This document shows, in pieces, positions 1-8,769 of a stretch of DNA of 64,000 nucleotides. The DNA comes from an uncultured Actinomycetota bacterium (GTDB lineage: Bacteria > Actinomycetota > Actinomycetes > Propionibacteriales > Nocardioidaceae), in assembly GCA_963820015.1 (NCBI GenBank), contig CAWFYO010000016.1:220217-284216 (forward strand). The letters run 5' to 3'. A program made the position numbers and the translations under genes. The notes beneath the pieces were generated by a model that worked only from the letters and a program-made list of their open reading frames with translations, ran no database searches and had not been told where the DNA came from. Within the stretch, counting starts at the first letter, position 1, and each line of letters begins with the position of its first letter.

Positions 1-288
1 CCACCCGCCGGGCGCGGCGACCGACGCGGTAGCGCTCGACACGGCCTCCCCGTCGCGCTGGGTGACCACGACCGTGGACCCGGGTGCGACCTGCTGACCT
101 CGCGCCGCGCAGGCTGCGGGCGCCTCGCCTCGGGCCGCAGCGCGAGCCGCCTCGCGGGCGGCGTCGACGATCCGCACCTGCGCCTCGCCTACGGAGAGCA
201 GCCACACCAACCCCCAGGTCAGCGAGAGGAGGAGCGGGATCCCGAGCGCGAGCTCGGCGGTGACCGCTCCGCGCTGGTCACGCCTCAC
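1..288 (-). CDS. TadE-family minor pilin (3' end runs off the window)
   Basis: Manual translation from GTG at 288: RRDQRGAVTAELALGIPLLLSL...RIVDAAREAARAAARG; prepilin-like G|xxTxE motif; GTGA overlap with the upstream pilin stop. Confidence 0.85.
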   Translation of the reverse strand, partial: MRRDQRGAVTAELALGIPLLLSLTWGLVWLLSVGEAQVRIVDAAREAARAAARGEAPAACAARGQQVAPGSTVVVTQRDGEAVSSATASVAAPGGW

Positions 289-488
289 CCGATGCCCAGC
301 AAGGAAAGGACATGGGCGAACAGGGTGCGGAGGAGCTGCTCGCCGAAACCGCCGGTCAGGAGCTTGAACAGCAGGCCGGCGAGCCCGGCTCCGGCGGCGG
401 TGCCGACGGCGTACTCGGCGGTGGTGATCCCGCGCTGGTCGCCACGGCCGGCGGTCGTCGTGGCGGGGGCGGGAAAGGGGAGGTGCAT
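285..488 (-). CDS. DUF4244 Flp-type pilin
   Basis: DQRGITTAEYAVGT prepilin motif plus hydrophobic helix; position in tad operon. Confidence 0.9.
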   Translation of the reverse strand: MHLPFPAPATTTAGRGDQRGITTAEYAVGTAAGAGLAGLLFKLLTGGFGEQLLRTLFAHVLSLLGIG

Positions 489-582
489 CGGTGCTCCTTC
501 GGGATCGGATCGAGCCGCGCGGTGCGGCCTGACCTGACTGTCGTACGCGGCACCACCGCAAGGGGGCGCAGCTACATCGAGG

Positions 583-619
583 TGTGGAGGAGGGTCGCGC
601 CAAGGTCGCCTGTGGAGGG
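583..619. promoter_or_regulatory. Paired TGTGGAGG(A/G) motifs, 28-bp spacing, upstream of pilin
   Basis: TGTGGAGGA 583-591 and TGTGGAGGG 611-619; same spacing recurs upstream of ssd. Confidence 0.45.
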
Positions 620-638
620 TCAGCGGGCCGGTGCCGGG

Positions 639-1364
639 TCACAGAGCGAGTGACCGGAGGAGGGCTGCGGCGACGGGGACGACCCCGAGCAGGACGAAGG
701 AAGGGAGCAGGCACAGACCGAGCGGTACGGCGGCCCGCACCCCGACGGTGCGAGCGCGCTGCTCGACCTCTCCCCGTGACCGCTCGTGCAGGTCACGGGC
801 GAGGCGGTCGACCTCGGGGGCCACGACCGAGCCCGAGCGCGAGGCACGGACCACGGCGCGCGCCAGGGGCGCCAACCCGGGCCGGTCGAGCACCGGCCGC
901 CAGGCGGCGGCCGGGTCGAGCCCCAGCTCGAGCCGGGGAGGCACCCGGCCCAGAGCCTCGGCGGCAGGCCCGGGCAGGGCACCGCACACGAGTCGCAGCG
1001 CACCCGGAACGTCGGCGCCGGTCTCCAGAGCCGCGGCCAGGAGGTGCACCAGCCCCGGGAGATCACGCGCCTCCGCCTCGCGGCGACGACGCAGCCCCCT
1101 GGGTTCGGTGCGGCCGATCGCCCACCAGGCGACCCCCGCCACGAGAAGCGCTGCCAGGACTCCCCAACGCCCCGAGACGAAGCAGCCGGCGCCGGCCGCG
1201 GCGCTCGCAGCCCACCCGGCTCGCCACCGCAGCAACCAGCCGGGCTCGTCGATCGGCACCTCGTTCTGAGGTCGCAGACCCTCCGGCGGCGGAACGTCGA
1301 CGCACCTCGCGGGGAGGGCGAGCAGGAAGGCGATCGTCACTGACAGCCCGGTGAGCCAGGCCAT
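639..1364 (-). CDS. tadC: Type II secretion system F family protein (TadC-like)
   Basis: C-terminal part of ORF 639..2309 from MAWLTG; ends PLGLCLLPSFVLLGVVP; ATG overlaps tadB stop. Confidence 0.88.
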   Translation of the reverse strand: MAWLTGLSVTIAFLLALPARCVDVPPPEGLRPQNEVPIDEPGWLLRWRAGWAASAAAGAGCFVSGRWGVLAALLVAGVAWWAIGRTEPRGLRRRREAEARDLPGLVHLLAAALETGADVPGALRLVCGALPGPAAEALGRVPPRLELGLDPAAAWRPVLDRPGLAPLARAVVRASRSGSVVAPEVDRLARDLHERSRGEVEQRARTVGVRAAVPLGLCLLPSFVLLGVVPVAAALLRSLAL

Positions 1365-2128
1365 CAGCGGTCGACCTCGCGCGCCAGTGCCTCGATCCAC
1401 CAGAGCCCGGCGAAGCCGAGTGCCAGACCTCCCGCGAGGCACACCCACCCGGCCGGTGTCCGAAGCAGGAAGGACCACGGGTCGCCGCCCGCACCGCTGC
1501 CCATGAGCAGGGCCACCACGGGGAGGACGGCCATGAGCCGCGCCGTCGCGCGGGCGGATGCGAGCTCGCCGGCCACCACCCGCCGGGTGGCCTGGTCGCG
1601 GCGTACGGCCTCGGCCACCCGCTGGGTGCTGCCGGCCAGGCCGGCCCCGAGGCGTTGTGACACCTGCCAGGCAGCGGCCAGCAGTCGCAGGCCGTCCGCG
1701 CCCGGCTGCTGCGCCAGGTCGCGCAGGGCCGAGGGGACGTCGCCCCCGAGCCGACAGGTGTCGGCCACGCCTCTCAGCTCGGGCCACGCCGTCGCGGCCT
1801 CGGTCAGGGCGACGTCGGGAGTGCGGCCTGCCGCGAGCTCGGCGGCGAGGAGGTCGCACACCTCCGCGAGCCGCTCGGACCGCTGCTCCGCGCGGCGTGC
1901 GGCGCTGCGGCCGGACCACAGGGCACGGCCGGCGAGACTGGCGCACCCGAGCAGGCCGCCGGGGACCAGCCAGTCGGTCGGCACCACCAGCAGGACCGCG
2001 GCGGCCACCACAGCCAGGCCGAGCCAGCGGTCGGACGGAGACGTGGCGGACGGCAGGCGCGCTCGGGCCGGCACCAGGAGCCATCCCCCCAGGCCCGCCG
2101 AGAGGGTGGCGAGGGTGAGCGCGCTCAC
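1364..2128 (-). CDS. tadB: Type II secretion system F family protein (TadB-like)
   Basis: LAAELAAGRTP...ELASARATARLMAVLP; GTG overlaps tadA stop. Confidence 0.88.
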   Translation of the reverse strand: MSALTLATLSAGLGGWLLVPARARLPSATSPSDRWLGLAVVAAAVLLVVPTDWLVPGGLLGCASLAGRALWSGRSAARRAEQRSERLAEVCDLLAAELAAGRTPDVALTEAATAWPELRGVADTCRLGGDVPSALRDLAQQPGADGLRLLAAAWQVSQRLGAGLAGSTQRVAEAVRRDQATRRVVAGELASARATARLMAVLPVVALLMGSGAGGDPWSFLLRTPAGWVCLAGGLALGFAGLWWIEALAREVDR

Positions 2129-3270
2129 CGGCACAACCGCTCCACCAGGTCGCCCTCCCCGGGCCCGGTGGTGGCAGCTCCGGTGAGACCGAACGACAGG
2201 GCGGTGCGTACGTCGGACAGCCCGTCGGGGCGGCGTACGGGGACGGCGACCTCGCGGAGGACCCGCCGCCCGTCGGCGTCGCGTCCGAGATGGAGCAGCG
2301 CGTCGACACCGGCGAGGAACTGGCTGTGGGCGGCCTCGCGGCCCAACCCGGCTGCCAACGCGAGGGCCTCGACCCGGGCCGGTACGTCGCGGGCGGAGTT
2401 GGCGTGGATCGTGCCGCACCCTCCTTCGTGGCCGGTGTTCATCGCGGCGAGCATCTCGACGACCTCCGCCCCTCTGACCTCACCGACCACGAGCCGGTCG
2501 GGACGCATCCGGAGGGCCTGGCGCACCAGGGCCCGGAGGGTCACCTCGCCCGCACCCTCGACGTTGGGCGGCCGCGACTCGAGGGCAACGACATGGGGGT
2601 GCTCGGGCCGGAGCTCGGAGGCGTCTTCGACGATCACCAACCGCTCGACGGGCGGCACGAGTGACAGCAGTGACCCGAGCAGGGTCGTCTTCCCCGATCC
2701 GGTCCCGCCGCTGACCAGGAAGGCCAGGCGCCGTCCGACGATCTCGCGGAGCAGCCGCGAGCCCTGCTCGGTGACGGTGCCGGAAGCCACCAGCTCGTCG
2801 AGGGTCAGCGCCCGCTGCTGGGGCACCCGCAGGGAAAGCAGCGTGCCCGGCCGCGCGAGCGGCGCGAGGACGGCGTGGAAGCGGGTGCCGTCACGGAGCC
2901 GGACGTCGACGTGGGGGGTCGCATCATCGAGCCGTCGCCCGCCCGATGCAGCCAGCCGCTGGGCCAGGCGGCGTACGGCGTCGTCTCCCACGAACCTGAC
3001 ATCCGTGAGCTCGAGGCCGTGACCGCGGTCGACGAAGACCTGGTCGGGCCCGTTGACGAGCACGTCGGTGACCCCGGGGAGCCGCAGCAAGGGCTCGAGC
3101 GGGCCCGCACCGAGCACGTCTCGGCGCAAGAGGTCGTGGACCTCGAGGACCGTCGCATCGCCCACCGGCCGGCCCGAAGCCCGCAACGCCTCGGCCACCC
3201 GGTGCGGGGTCAGCGGCCCGGGATCGCGGGCGAGGTGCTCGCGCACCTGCTCGACCAGGTCAGCGGTCAT
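2125..3270 (-). CDS. tadA: TadA/CpaF pilus assembly ATPase
   Basis: Walker A GGTGSGKTT, LRMRPDRLVVGEVRG, NTGHEG...TIHANS. Confidence 0.95.
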   Translation of the reverse strand: MTADLVEQVREHLARDPGPLTPHRVAEALRASGRPVGDATVLEVHDLLRRDVLGAGPLEPLLRLPGVTDVLVNGPDQVFVDRGHGLELTDVRFVGDDAVRRLAQRLAASGGRRLDDATPHVDVRLRDGTRFHAVLAPLARPGTLLSLRVPQQRALTLDELVASGTVTEQGSRLLREIVGRRLAFLVSGGTGSGKTTLLGSLLSLVPPVERLVIVEDASELRPEHPHVVALESRPPNVEGAGEVTLRALVRQALRMRPDRLVVGEVRGAEVVEMLAAMNTGHEGGCGTIHANSARDVPARVEALALAAGLGREAAHSQFLAGVDALLHLGRDADGRRVLREVAVPVRRPDGLSDVRTALSFGLTGAATTGPGEGDLVERLCR

Positions 3271-4328
3271 CAGGCAGCCCGGTCGGTGACGCCGGGCGCG
3301 GTGAGCACCTCTCTGGCGGCCCGACCCAGAGGACCGCGCCGGGTGCGCACCGGACCGAGACCGAGGTCGATCGACTCGGCCAGCCCTCGCTGGTCAGGCA
3401 TCCGGGCTGCGACCGGGACGCCCGTCAGCCGGCGGAGCGCATCGTCGTCGATCGAGCCTCCGCGGACGACGGTGGCGACGGTACCGTGATCGCTGAACCT
3501 CCGACACATGCGCACTGCCCCGGCCAGCCCCGGAACGGTCGGCACCACCATCACCAGCAACCGGTCGCAGCGCGACACGACCTCGTCGACCAGGGGATCG
3601 GGGCCGCGAGGCAGGTCGATGACGACCGTGTCGTGTCCCCGCCGGGCAGCCGACAGCACCTCACGCACGGCGAAAGCCTGGAGGGTGGGCGGCGCCGGTC
3701 CGGCGTACCAGGTGAGGGCGGCCACGCCCGCGCGGCGTGGCAGGGAGTCACGGAGCGCTCGAGCACTGAGCCGCCCGGTCGTGTGGCCGACGCCGTCCCA
3801 ACGGACGCCCTCGACCAGGTCGAGCCCGAGCACCCGGTCGGCGCCCGGACCGAGCGGGTCGGCGTCGAGGACCACGGACGGACCCGTGCGCCCGGCCACC
3901 TGCGCGAGCGCACAGGCGAACGTCGTCGCTCCGGAGCCGCCTGACCCTCCGATGACTCCCAAGGTCAGGCCACGCGCCGGGCCGGTGTCGACCACGTCGG
4001 TGAGGCGCTCGACCAACCAGCCCTCGGACCGCGGCAGCTCGGCCACGCTCTCGGCCCCGACGGCGAGCGCGCAGCGGAACACCGCATCCGGCGTGGGCGC
4101 GAGCAGGACCACGAACACCCCCTCGCGCCGGCTGGGCGAGGCGCGCGCCAAGGTGTCGGCGAGGTCGTGGCCGACGAGCACCAGCGGCGCCCGAGGCCAC
4201 GCCCGCAGCGCGGCCGGGACGTCGCGGGCCACCTCGGGGGTGGAGCCGGCTGCGGCCGCGAGCCGCAGCAGCTCGTCGAGAAGCCGCTCGTCGGCGGTGA
4301 CCAGCAGCGGAGGGGGTGACGTGCTCAT
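3270..4328 (-). CDS. ssd: Septum site-determining protein Ssd (MinD/CpaE-like)
   Basis: Deviant Walker A GGSGGSGATT, DADPLGPGADRVLG; directly upstream of tadA as in Rv3660c. Confidence 0.9.
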   Translation of the reverse strand: MSTSPPPLLVTADERLLDELLRLAAAAGSTPEVARDVPAALRAWPRAPLVLVGHDLADTLARASPSRREGVFVVLLAPTPDAVFRCALAVGAESVAELPRSEGWLVERLTDVVDTGPARGLTLGVIGGSGGSGATTFACALAQVAGRTGPSVVLDADPLGPGADRVLGLDLVEGVRWDGVGHTTGRLSARALRDSLPRRAGVAALTWYAGPAPPTLQAFAVREVLSAARRGHDTVVIDLPRGPDPLVDEVVSRCDRLLVMVVPTVPGLAGAVRMCRRFSDHGTVATVVRGGSIDDDALRRLTGVPVAARMPDQRGLAESIDLGLGPVRTRRGPLGRAAREVLTAPGVTDRAA

Positions 4329-4380
4329 GCCGCCACCCTCCGTCGTACGACGGATGGCCGGGCGGCCGAGGGCCGGGACC

Positions 4381-4417
4381 TGTGGACGAGGGGTGCGCGA
4401 AACGCACCTGTGCACGA
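4381..4417. promoter_or_regulatory. Paired TGTG(G/C)ACGA motifs, 28-bp spacing, upstream of ssd
   Basis: TGTGGACGA 4381-4389 and TGTGCACGA 4409-4417. Confidence 0.45.
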
Positions 4418-4449
4418 ACGCCGGGCCGGAGGCGGCGGGGCGACCTACC

Positions 4450-5280
4450 ATGAGGACCATGCCAGAGCGCCGCGGATCCGCACGCCCGCTGCGTGTGCAG
4501 CACCGGTCGGCGGCGTTCTTCGACCTCGACAAGACGATCATCGCCAAGTCGAGCAGCCTGGCCTTCTCCAAGCCCTTCCAGGCCGGCGGCCTGATCACCC
4601 GCCGCGCGATGCTGCGCTCGGCGTACGCGCAGTTCGTCTATCTGGTCGGTGGTGCCGACCACGACCAGATGGAGAAGATCCGGGCGTTCATGTCGCAGCT
4701 CGTCGAGGGTTGGGACGTCGAGACGGTCAAGGAGATCGTCGCCGACACCCTCCACCACGTCGTCGACCCGATCGTCTACGACGAGGCTGTCTCCCTCATG
4801 GACGAGCACCACGCGCTCGGCCGCGACGTCGTGGTGGTCTCGGCCAGCGGGGCGGAGGTGGTCGAGCCGATCGGCGAGATGCTCGGGGCCGACCACGTGA
4901 TCGCGAGCCGACTCGAGATCGCCGACGGCAAGTACACCGGCGACATCGACTACTACGCCTATGCCGAGGAGAAGGCCCACGCCATCGAGGCGATGGCGGC
5001 CGAGCGGGGCTACGACCTCGAGCAGTGCTTCGCCTACAGCGACTCCATCACCGACGCCCCCATGCTCGAGGTGGTCGGCCACCCGCACGCGGTCAACCCC
5101 GACAAGGAGCTGCGCAAGCTGGCGGCGAGCAAGGGCTGGCCGGTGTTGCAGTTCACGCGGCCGGTCACGTTGCGCAGCCGGATCCCGGTGAAGCCGACCC
5201 TCGCCGCCCTCACCGTCGGTACGGCGCTCACGCTGGGCGGGGCGATCTGGCTCAACCGCCGTCGTCGGCTGGGTGCTTGA
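4450..5280 (+). CDS. HAD-IB family hydrolase (Rv3661-like)
   Basis: AAFFDLDKTII motif I, VSAS motif II, AYSDSITDAPMLE motif IV; start could also be GTG 4495. Confidence 0.92.
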   Translation: MRTMPERRGSARPLRVQHRSAAFFDLDKTIIAKSSSLAFSKPFQAGGLITRRAMLRSAYAQFVYLVGGADHDQMEKIRAFMSQLVEGWDVETVKEIVADTLHHVVDPIVYDEAVSLMDEHHALGRDVVVVSASGAEVVEPIGEMLGADHVIASRLEIADGKYTGDIDYYAYAEEKAHAIEAMAAERGYDLEQCFAYSDSITDAPMLEVVGHPHAVNPDKELRKLAASKGWPVLQFTRPVTLRSRIPVKPTLAALTVGTALTLGGAIWLNRRRRLGA

Positions 5281-5402
5281 CGCGGCCTGCTGCACTGCGG
5301 ATCCCGGTCAACGCGGGCGCGACACGCGCGACCACCAGCATGGGTGAAAGTCAAGTCTCACCTGCCCTTGTGAGGCTCTGCCCGGAGGCGTAGACAGGAC
5401 AT

Positions 5403-5568
5403 CAGAACTGAAGAACCAGCACACGGACCGGGTACCCACGCGGCGATCCACCCTTCCTACAGGGCGCCCGTCATCGGAAGACTTCCGGGGCGGCTATCCA
5501 GAGTAGATGCACGCTTGGTAGCCGGGTCCGTGTGTGAGGGGCGGCACCCGACTCGTCGGGTGCCGCTC
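5403..5568 (+). ncRNA. Candidate Ms1 RNA (RNA-polymerase-binding sRNA)
   Basis: Located between Rv3661-like HAD and Rv3662c-like Fic genes (Ms1 synteny); promoter TTGTGA-N17-TAGACA (5368-5396); closing stem 5420-5429/5525-5534; terminal hairpin 5541-5566. Confidence 0.7.
5541..5566 (+). terminator. GC-rich hairpin ending the candidate Ms1 RNA
   Basis: GCGGCACCCGAC-TC-GTCGGGTGCCGC perfect inverted repeat; no U-tract (common in actinobacteria). Confidence 0.6.
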
Positions 5569-5655
5569 GCATGCTCGGGGCTGAAGCCCCTTCGCCGATG
5601 CCTCCGCGCCGACGCTCGCGCCCCAGGCGCATCAACGGCATCACGACGTGGTTAC

Positions 5656-5720
5656 TCCTGTCACTTGTCAGGCGTTGCAACCGCCGACAAGTGACAGGAT
5701 CCCCGGTCAGCCGGGGATCC
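5656..5720. repeat. Two adjacent palindromes (REP-like or terminator hairpins)
   Basis: 14-bp IR TCCTGTCACTTGTC 5656-5669 / GACAAGTGACAGGA 5686-5699; 10-bp IR GGATCCCCGG/CCGGGGATCC 5697-5720. Confidence 0.75.
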
Positions 5721-5735
5721 CGACCGCCGGCACCC

Positions 5736-6455
5736 TCACCCGCCGCGGAGGGGGGAGGCCTCCGCGCCGGCGGCGTAGGCCTCGGCGCAGTAGAGCAGCC
5801 AGGCCTGGACGCCGGGGCGGCCGCCGGTGGCGTAGGCCCGCAGGTTGGACTCGTACGCCGGCCGCAGCGCCAGGTGGCCGGCCTCGGGCACGACCAGCGA
5901 CTTCGCATCGACGCCGCGCCCGACCAGGACCAGTCGTTCGGCCGCCCGGGCCACGATTCCGTTGGCGGAGGCGAAGGGCTGGGTGGTGAGCAGCTCGGCG
6001 TGGACCAGCGCTGCGGTCACCAGGGCCGGGTGGTCGGCCTCGAGGATGCCCAGCGTCTCCGACAGCAGCGCCGCGGCCTCTGCGTCGCGAGGACGTCCAC
6101 GCTCCTCCTCACCTGACGAGGCCGGAGCCGCCAGGGCGTGCAGCCGCGCCAGCGCTTGCAGCGGCGAGCGCGCGAGCACCGGGACCAGCCCGAGGAGCTC
6201 GACCGAGACCCGGAGCGCGGCCTGCGCGACCTCGTCGCCGCCCCCCGCGCGGACCGACTCGAGCGTCGACTCCGACCCGTCGAGCACGGCGCTGGCATGT
6301 GCGCCTCGGAGCAACGACTCGATGGTCAGCTCCGGAGAGGTACGGCGGAGGCCCCGGTCGCGCAGCAGCGTGTCGACCCCGTCGCGGGCCGCGGCGTACG
6401 CCGAGGCGACGCCCTCCAGGCTCTCGACACCGTCCAGCCGCTCCACGTCGGCCAC
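5736..6455 (-). CDS. Fic-like protein (Rv3662c-like)
   Basis: LQALARLH, VHAELLTTQPFASANGIVAR degenerate Fic motif; synteny. Confidence 0.8.
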   Translation of the reverse strand: MADVERLDGVESLEGVASAYAAARDGVDTLLRDRGLRRTSPELTIESLLRGAHASAVLDGSESTLESVRAGGGDEVAQAALRVSVELLGLVPVLARSPLQALARLHALAAPASSGEEERGRPRDAEAAALLSETLGILEADHPALVTAALVHAELLTTQPFASANGIVARAAERLVLVGRGVDAKSLVVPEAGHLALRPAYESNLRAYATGGRPGVQAWLLYCAEAYAAGAEASPLRGG

Positions 6456-6554
6456 CGTAACGGCCGCCCGCGCCCCGAGTGGATTCGAGACGGGCGCCGA
6501 AGCGCCCTCCTCAACCACCGGTGGCGCGGTCCGCGACGGGTAGCCTCGGTCCCG

Positions 6555-7403
6555 ATGAGCGACCAGCAGACCTCCGGAGCCGAGCCCGACTGGGCCCACT
6601 CGTTCGGCGCCGTGGCGGAGGCCTACGAGCGCGGCCGCCCGACCTACCCCGCCGAGGCGGCTCGCTGGCTGCTCGGTGACCAGCCGCTGACCGTCCTCGA
6701 GCTCGGCGCCGGCACGGGCAAGCTGACCCGGGTGCTGGTCGGGCTCGGCCACGACGTCCACGCCACCGACCCCGACGCCGAGATGCTCGCCGTCCTGGAG
6801 GCTCGGCTCCCCGGAGTCCGGACGGCGGTCGCGTCGGCCGAGGAGATCCCGCTCCCTGACTGGTCGGTCGACGCCGTGGTCGCGGCGCAGGCCTTCCACT
6901 GGTTCGACCTCGACCGCGCCCTGCCCGAGATCGCCCGCGTCCTGCGCCCCGAGGGCATGCTCTGTCTCCTGTGGAACCAGCGCAACGAGAAGATCCCGTG
7001 GGTACGCCGGCTCGGCGCGCTGATCGGCACCCAGGAGCAGCTGCGCGACCCGGCGGAGGCGTTGATCTTCAGTGAGCTGTTCGGCTTCGTCGAGGACCAC
7101 GAGTTCAGCCACTGGCAGACCATCGACCGTAAGACGATCCAGGACCTCGTGCTCTCGCGGTCCAACGTCGCCGTCCTCGACGAGGAGGCCCGCCGGGCCA
7201 AGCTCGCGGCGGTCGTCGCCTTCTACGACGAGTACGGCCGCGGTATGGACGGCATGCAGCTGCCCTACGTGACGCGATGCTTCCGGGCGCAGGTGCTCGA
7301 CCGGCCGGCGTACGACGAGCCGAAGAGCAGCGCCGGCGAGGACGACGCCGAGGGCGCGTCCGACGACGGGCCCGACGGCACGCTCCTCATCGACTTCCGC
7401 TGA
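6555..7403 (+). CDS. Class I SAM-dependent methyltransferase
   Basis: VLELGAGTGKLT motif I; AYERGRPTYP; AQAFHWFD. Confidence 0.92.
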   Translation: MSDQQTSGAEPDWAHSFGAVAEAYERGRPTYPAEAARWLLGDQPLTVLELGAGTGKLTRVLVGLGHDVHATDPDAEMLAVLEARLPGVRTAVASAEEIPLPDWSVDAVVAAQAFHWFDLDRALPEIARVLRPEGMLCLLWNQRNEKIPWVRRLGALIGTQEQLRDPAEALIFSELFGFVEDHEFSHWQTIDRKTIQDLVLSRSNVAVLDEEARRAKLAAVVAFYDEYGRGMDGMQLPYVTRCFRAQVLDRPAYDEPKSSAGEDDAEGASDDGPDGTLLIDFR

Positions 7404-8769
7404 CCGCCACCTCGTTGCGCGCGGCCACGTCGGCGTACCAGCGCGCGGAGTCCTTCAGCGTGCGCTGCTGGGTCTCGAAGTCGACGTGCACGATCCCGAA
7501 GCGCTTGTCGTAGCCCCACGCCCACTCGAAGTTGTCCAGCAGCGTCCACACGTAGTAGCCCCGCACGTCGGCACCCCGCTCGATCGCGTCGTGCAGGGCG
7601 GCCAGGTGGTCGCGCAGGTAGGCGATCCGCGCGTCGTCATGCACCCGCCCGTCGACGACCACGTCGCGGTCGGCCATGCCGTTCTCGGTGACCCGCATCG
7701 GCAGACCGACGTCGCGCTGGACGCGCAGCAGCAGGTCGGTCAGGCCCGACGGCACGATCGGCCAGTCCATCACGGTCGTCGGCGCGTCGATCTCGGCGTA
7801 CGACGCGTGGTCGGTGCCCGGGAACAGCCGGCTGCGGTCCACCTCGGCGGTGACGCGCGACGGGTTGTAGTAGTTGATCCCGACCGAGTCGATCGGGGCG
7901 CCGATCTCGGCCTCGTCGCCGGGATGCACGAACGCCCAGTCGGTCAGTCCCTCGGTCGTGGAGATGAGCGCCTCGGGATACCCGCCCCCGAACATCGGGC
8001 CCAGGAAGATCTGGTTGGCCAGCAGGTCACAGTGCTCGGCCGCCGCGCGGTCCTCCGGCCGGTCGGAGGCCGGCTCGACCTGCAGCAGGTTCAGCGCCAC
8101 CGAGATGTCCGCGGTGTGCGGGAGCACGTCTCGCAGGGCGCGGACGGCGCGACCGTGGGCGAGGTTGAGGTGATGGGCGGCCCGGTAGGCCAGCGGCACG
8201 CTCCGCAGGCCCGGGGCGTGCTCACCGGTGGCGTAGCCGAGGTAGGCCGAGCACCACGGTTCGTTGAGCGTCGTCACCTCGAGCACCCGGTCGCCCAGCT
8301 CCTTGCCGAGGACCAGCGCGTAGTCCACGAAGCGGTCGGGCAGGTCGCGTGAGAGCCAGCCGGCGTCGTCGCCCTCGTCGAGCGCCTGCGGCAGGTCCCA
8401 GTGGTAGAGCGTCATCAGCGGCCGGATCCCGCGCACGAGCAGGCCGTCGACCAGCCGCCGGTAGAAGTCGAGCCCCTCCTGGTTGACCGTGCGCCCGTCG
8501 GGCATCACGCGCGACCACGACACCGAGAAGCGGTAGGACGCCAGGCCCAGCTCCGCCATCAGGTCGAGGTCCTCTCGCCAGCGGTGGTAGTGGTCGGAGG
8601 CGATGTCACCGTTGTCGCCGTGGTCGATGGTGCCCAGGCGGTGCGAGAACGTGTCCCAGATGCTGGGGGCCCGGCCGTCCTCGGCCACCGCGCCCTCGAT
8701 CTGGTACGACGCGGCCGCCGCGCCCCAGACGAAACCGTCGGGGAACCGGAGACTGGTGTGCGTGGTCAT
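7387..8769 (-). CDS. GH1 beta-glucosidase
   Basis: FPDGFVWG...SYQIEGA, TLNEPW acid/base, VTENG nucleophile, DNFEWAWGYDKRFG. Confidence 0.96.
   Translation of the reverse strand: MTTHTSLRFPDGFVWGAAAASYQIEGAVAEDGRAPSIWDTFSHRLGTIDHGDNGDIASDHYHRWREDLDLMAELGLASYRFSVSWSRVMPDGRTVNQEGLDFYRRLVDGLLVRGIRPLMTLYHWDLPQALDEGDDAGWLSRDLPDRFVDYALVLGKELGDRVLEVTTLNEPWCSAYLGYATGEHAPGLRSVPLAYRAAHHLNLAHGRAVRALRDVLPHTADISVALNLLQVEPASDRPEDRAAAEHCDLLANQIFLGPMFGGGYPEALISTTEGLTDWAFVHPGDEAEIGAPIDSVGINYYNPSRVTAEVDRSRLFPGTDHASYAEIDAPTTVMDWPIVPSGLTDLLLRVQRDVGLPMRVTENGMADRDVVVDGRVHDDARIAYLRDHLAALHDAIERGADVRGYYVWTLLDNFEWAWGYDKRFGIVHVDFETQQRTLKDSARWYADVAARNEVAVSGSR

Noticed and set aside
2125-3270. Conjugative system suggested by the TadA ATPase
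   Set aside because: Context is the standard Tad/Flp pilus locus; no relaxase, coupling protein or oriT seen.
3748-5295. Long antisense or alternative-frame ORFs (e.g. 3748..5295, 9824..12085, 18042..19730, 32144..33355, 49057..50208, 54421..56178)
   Set aside because: Shadow ORFs typical of high-GC DNA; they overlap well-supported genes and have no motifs.
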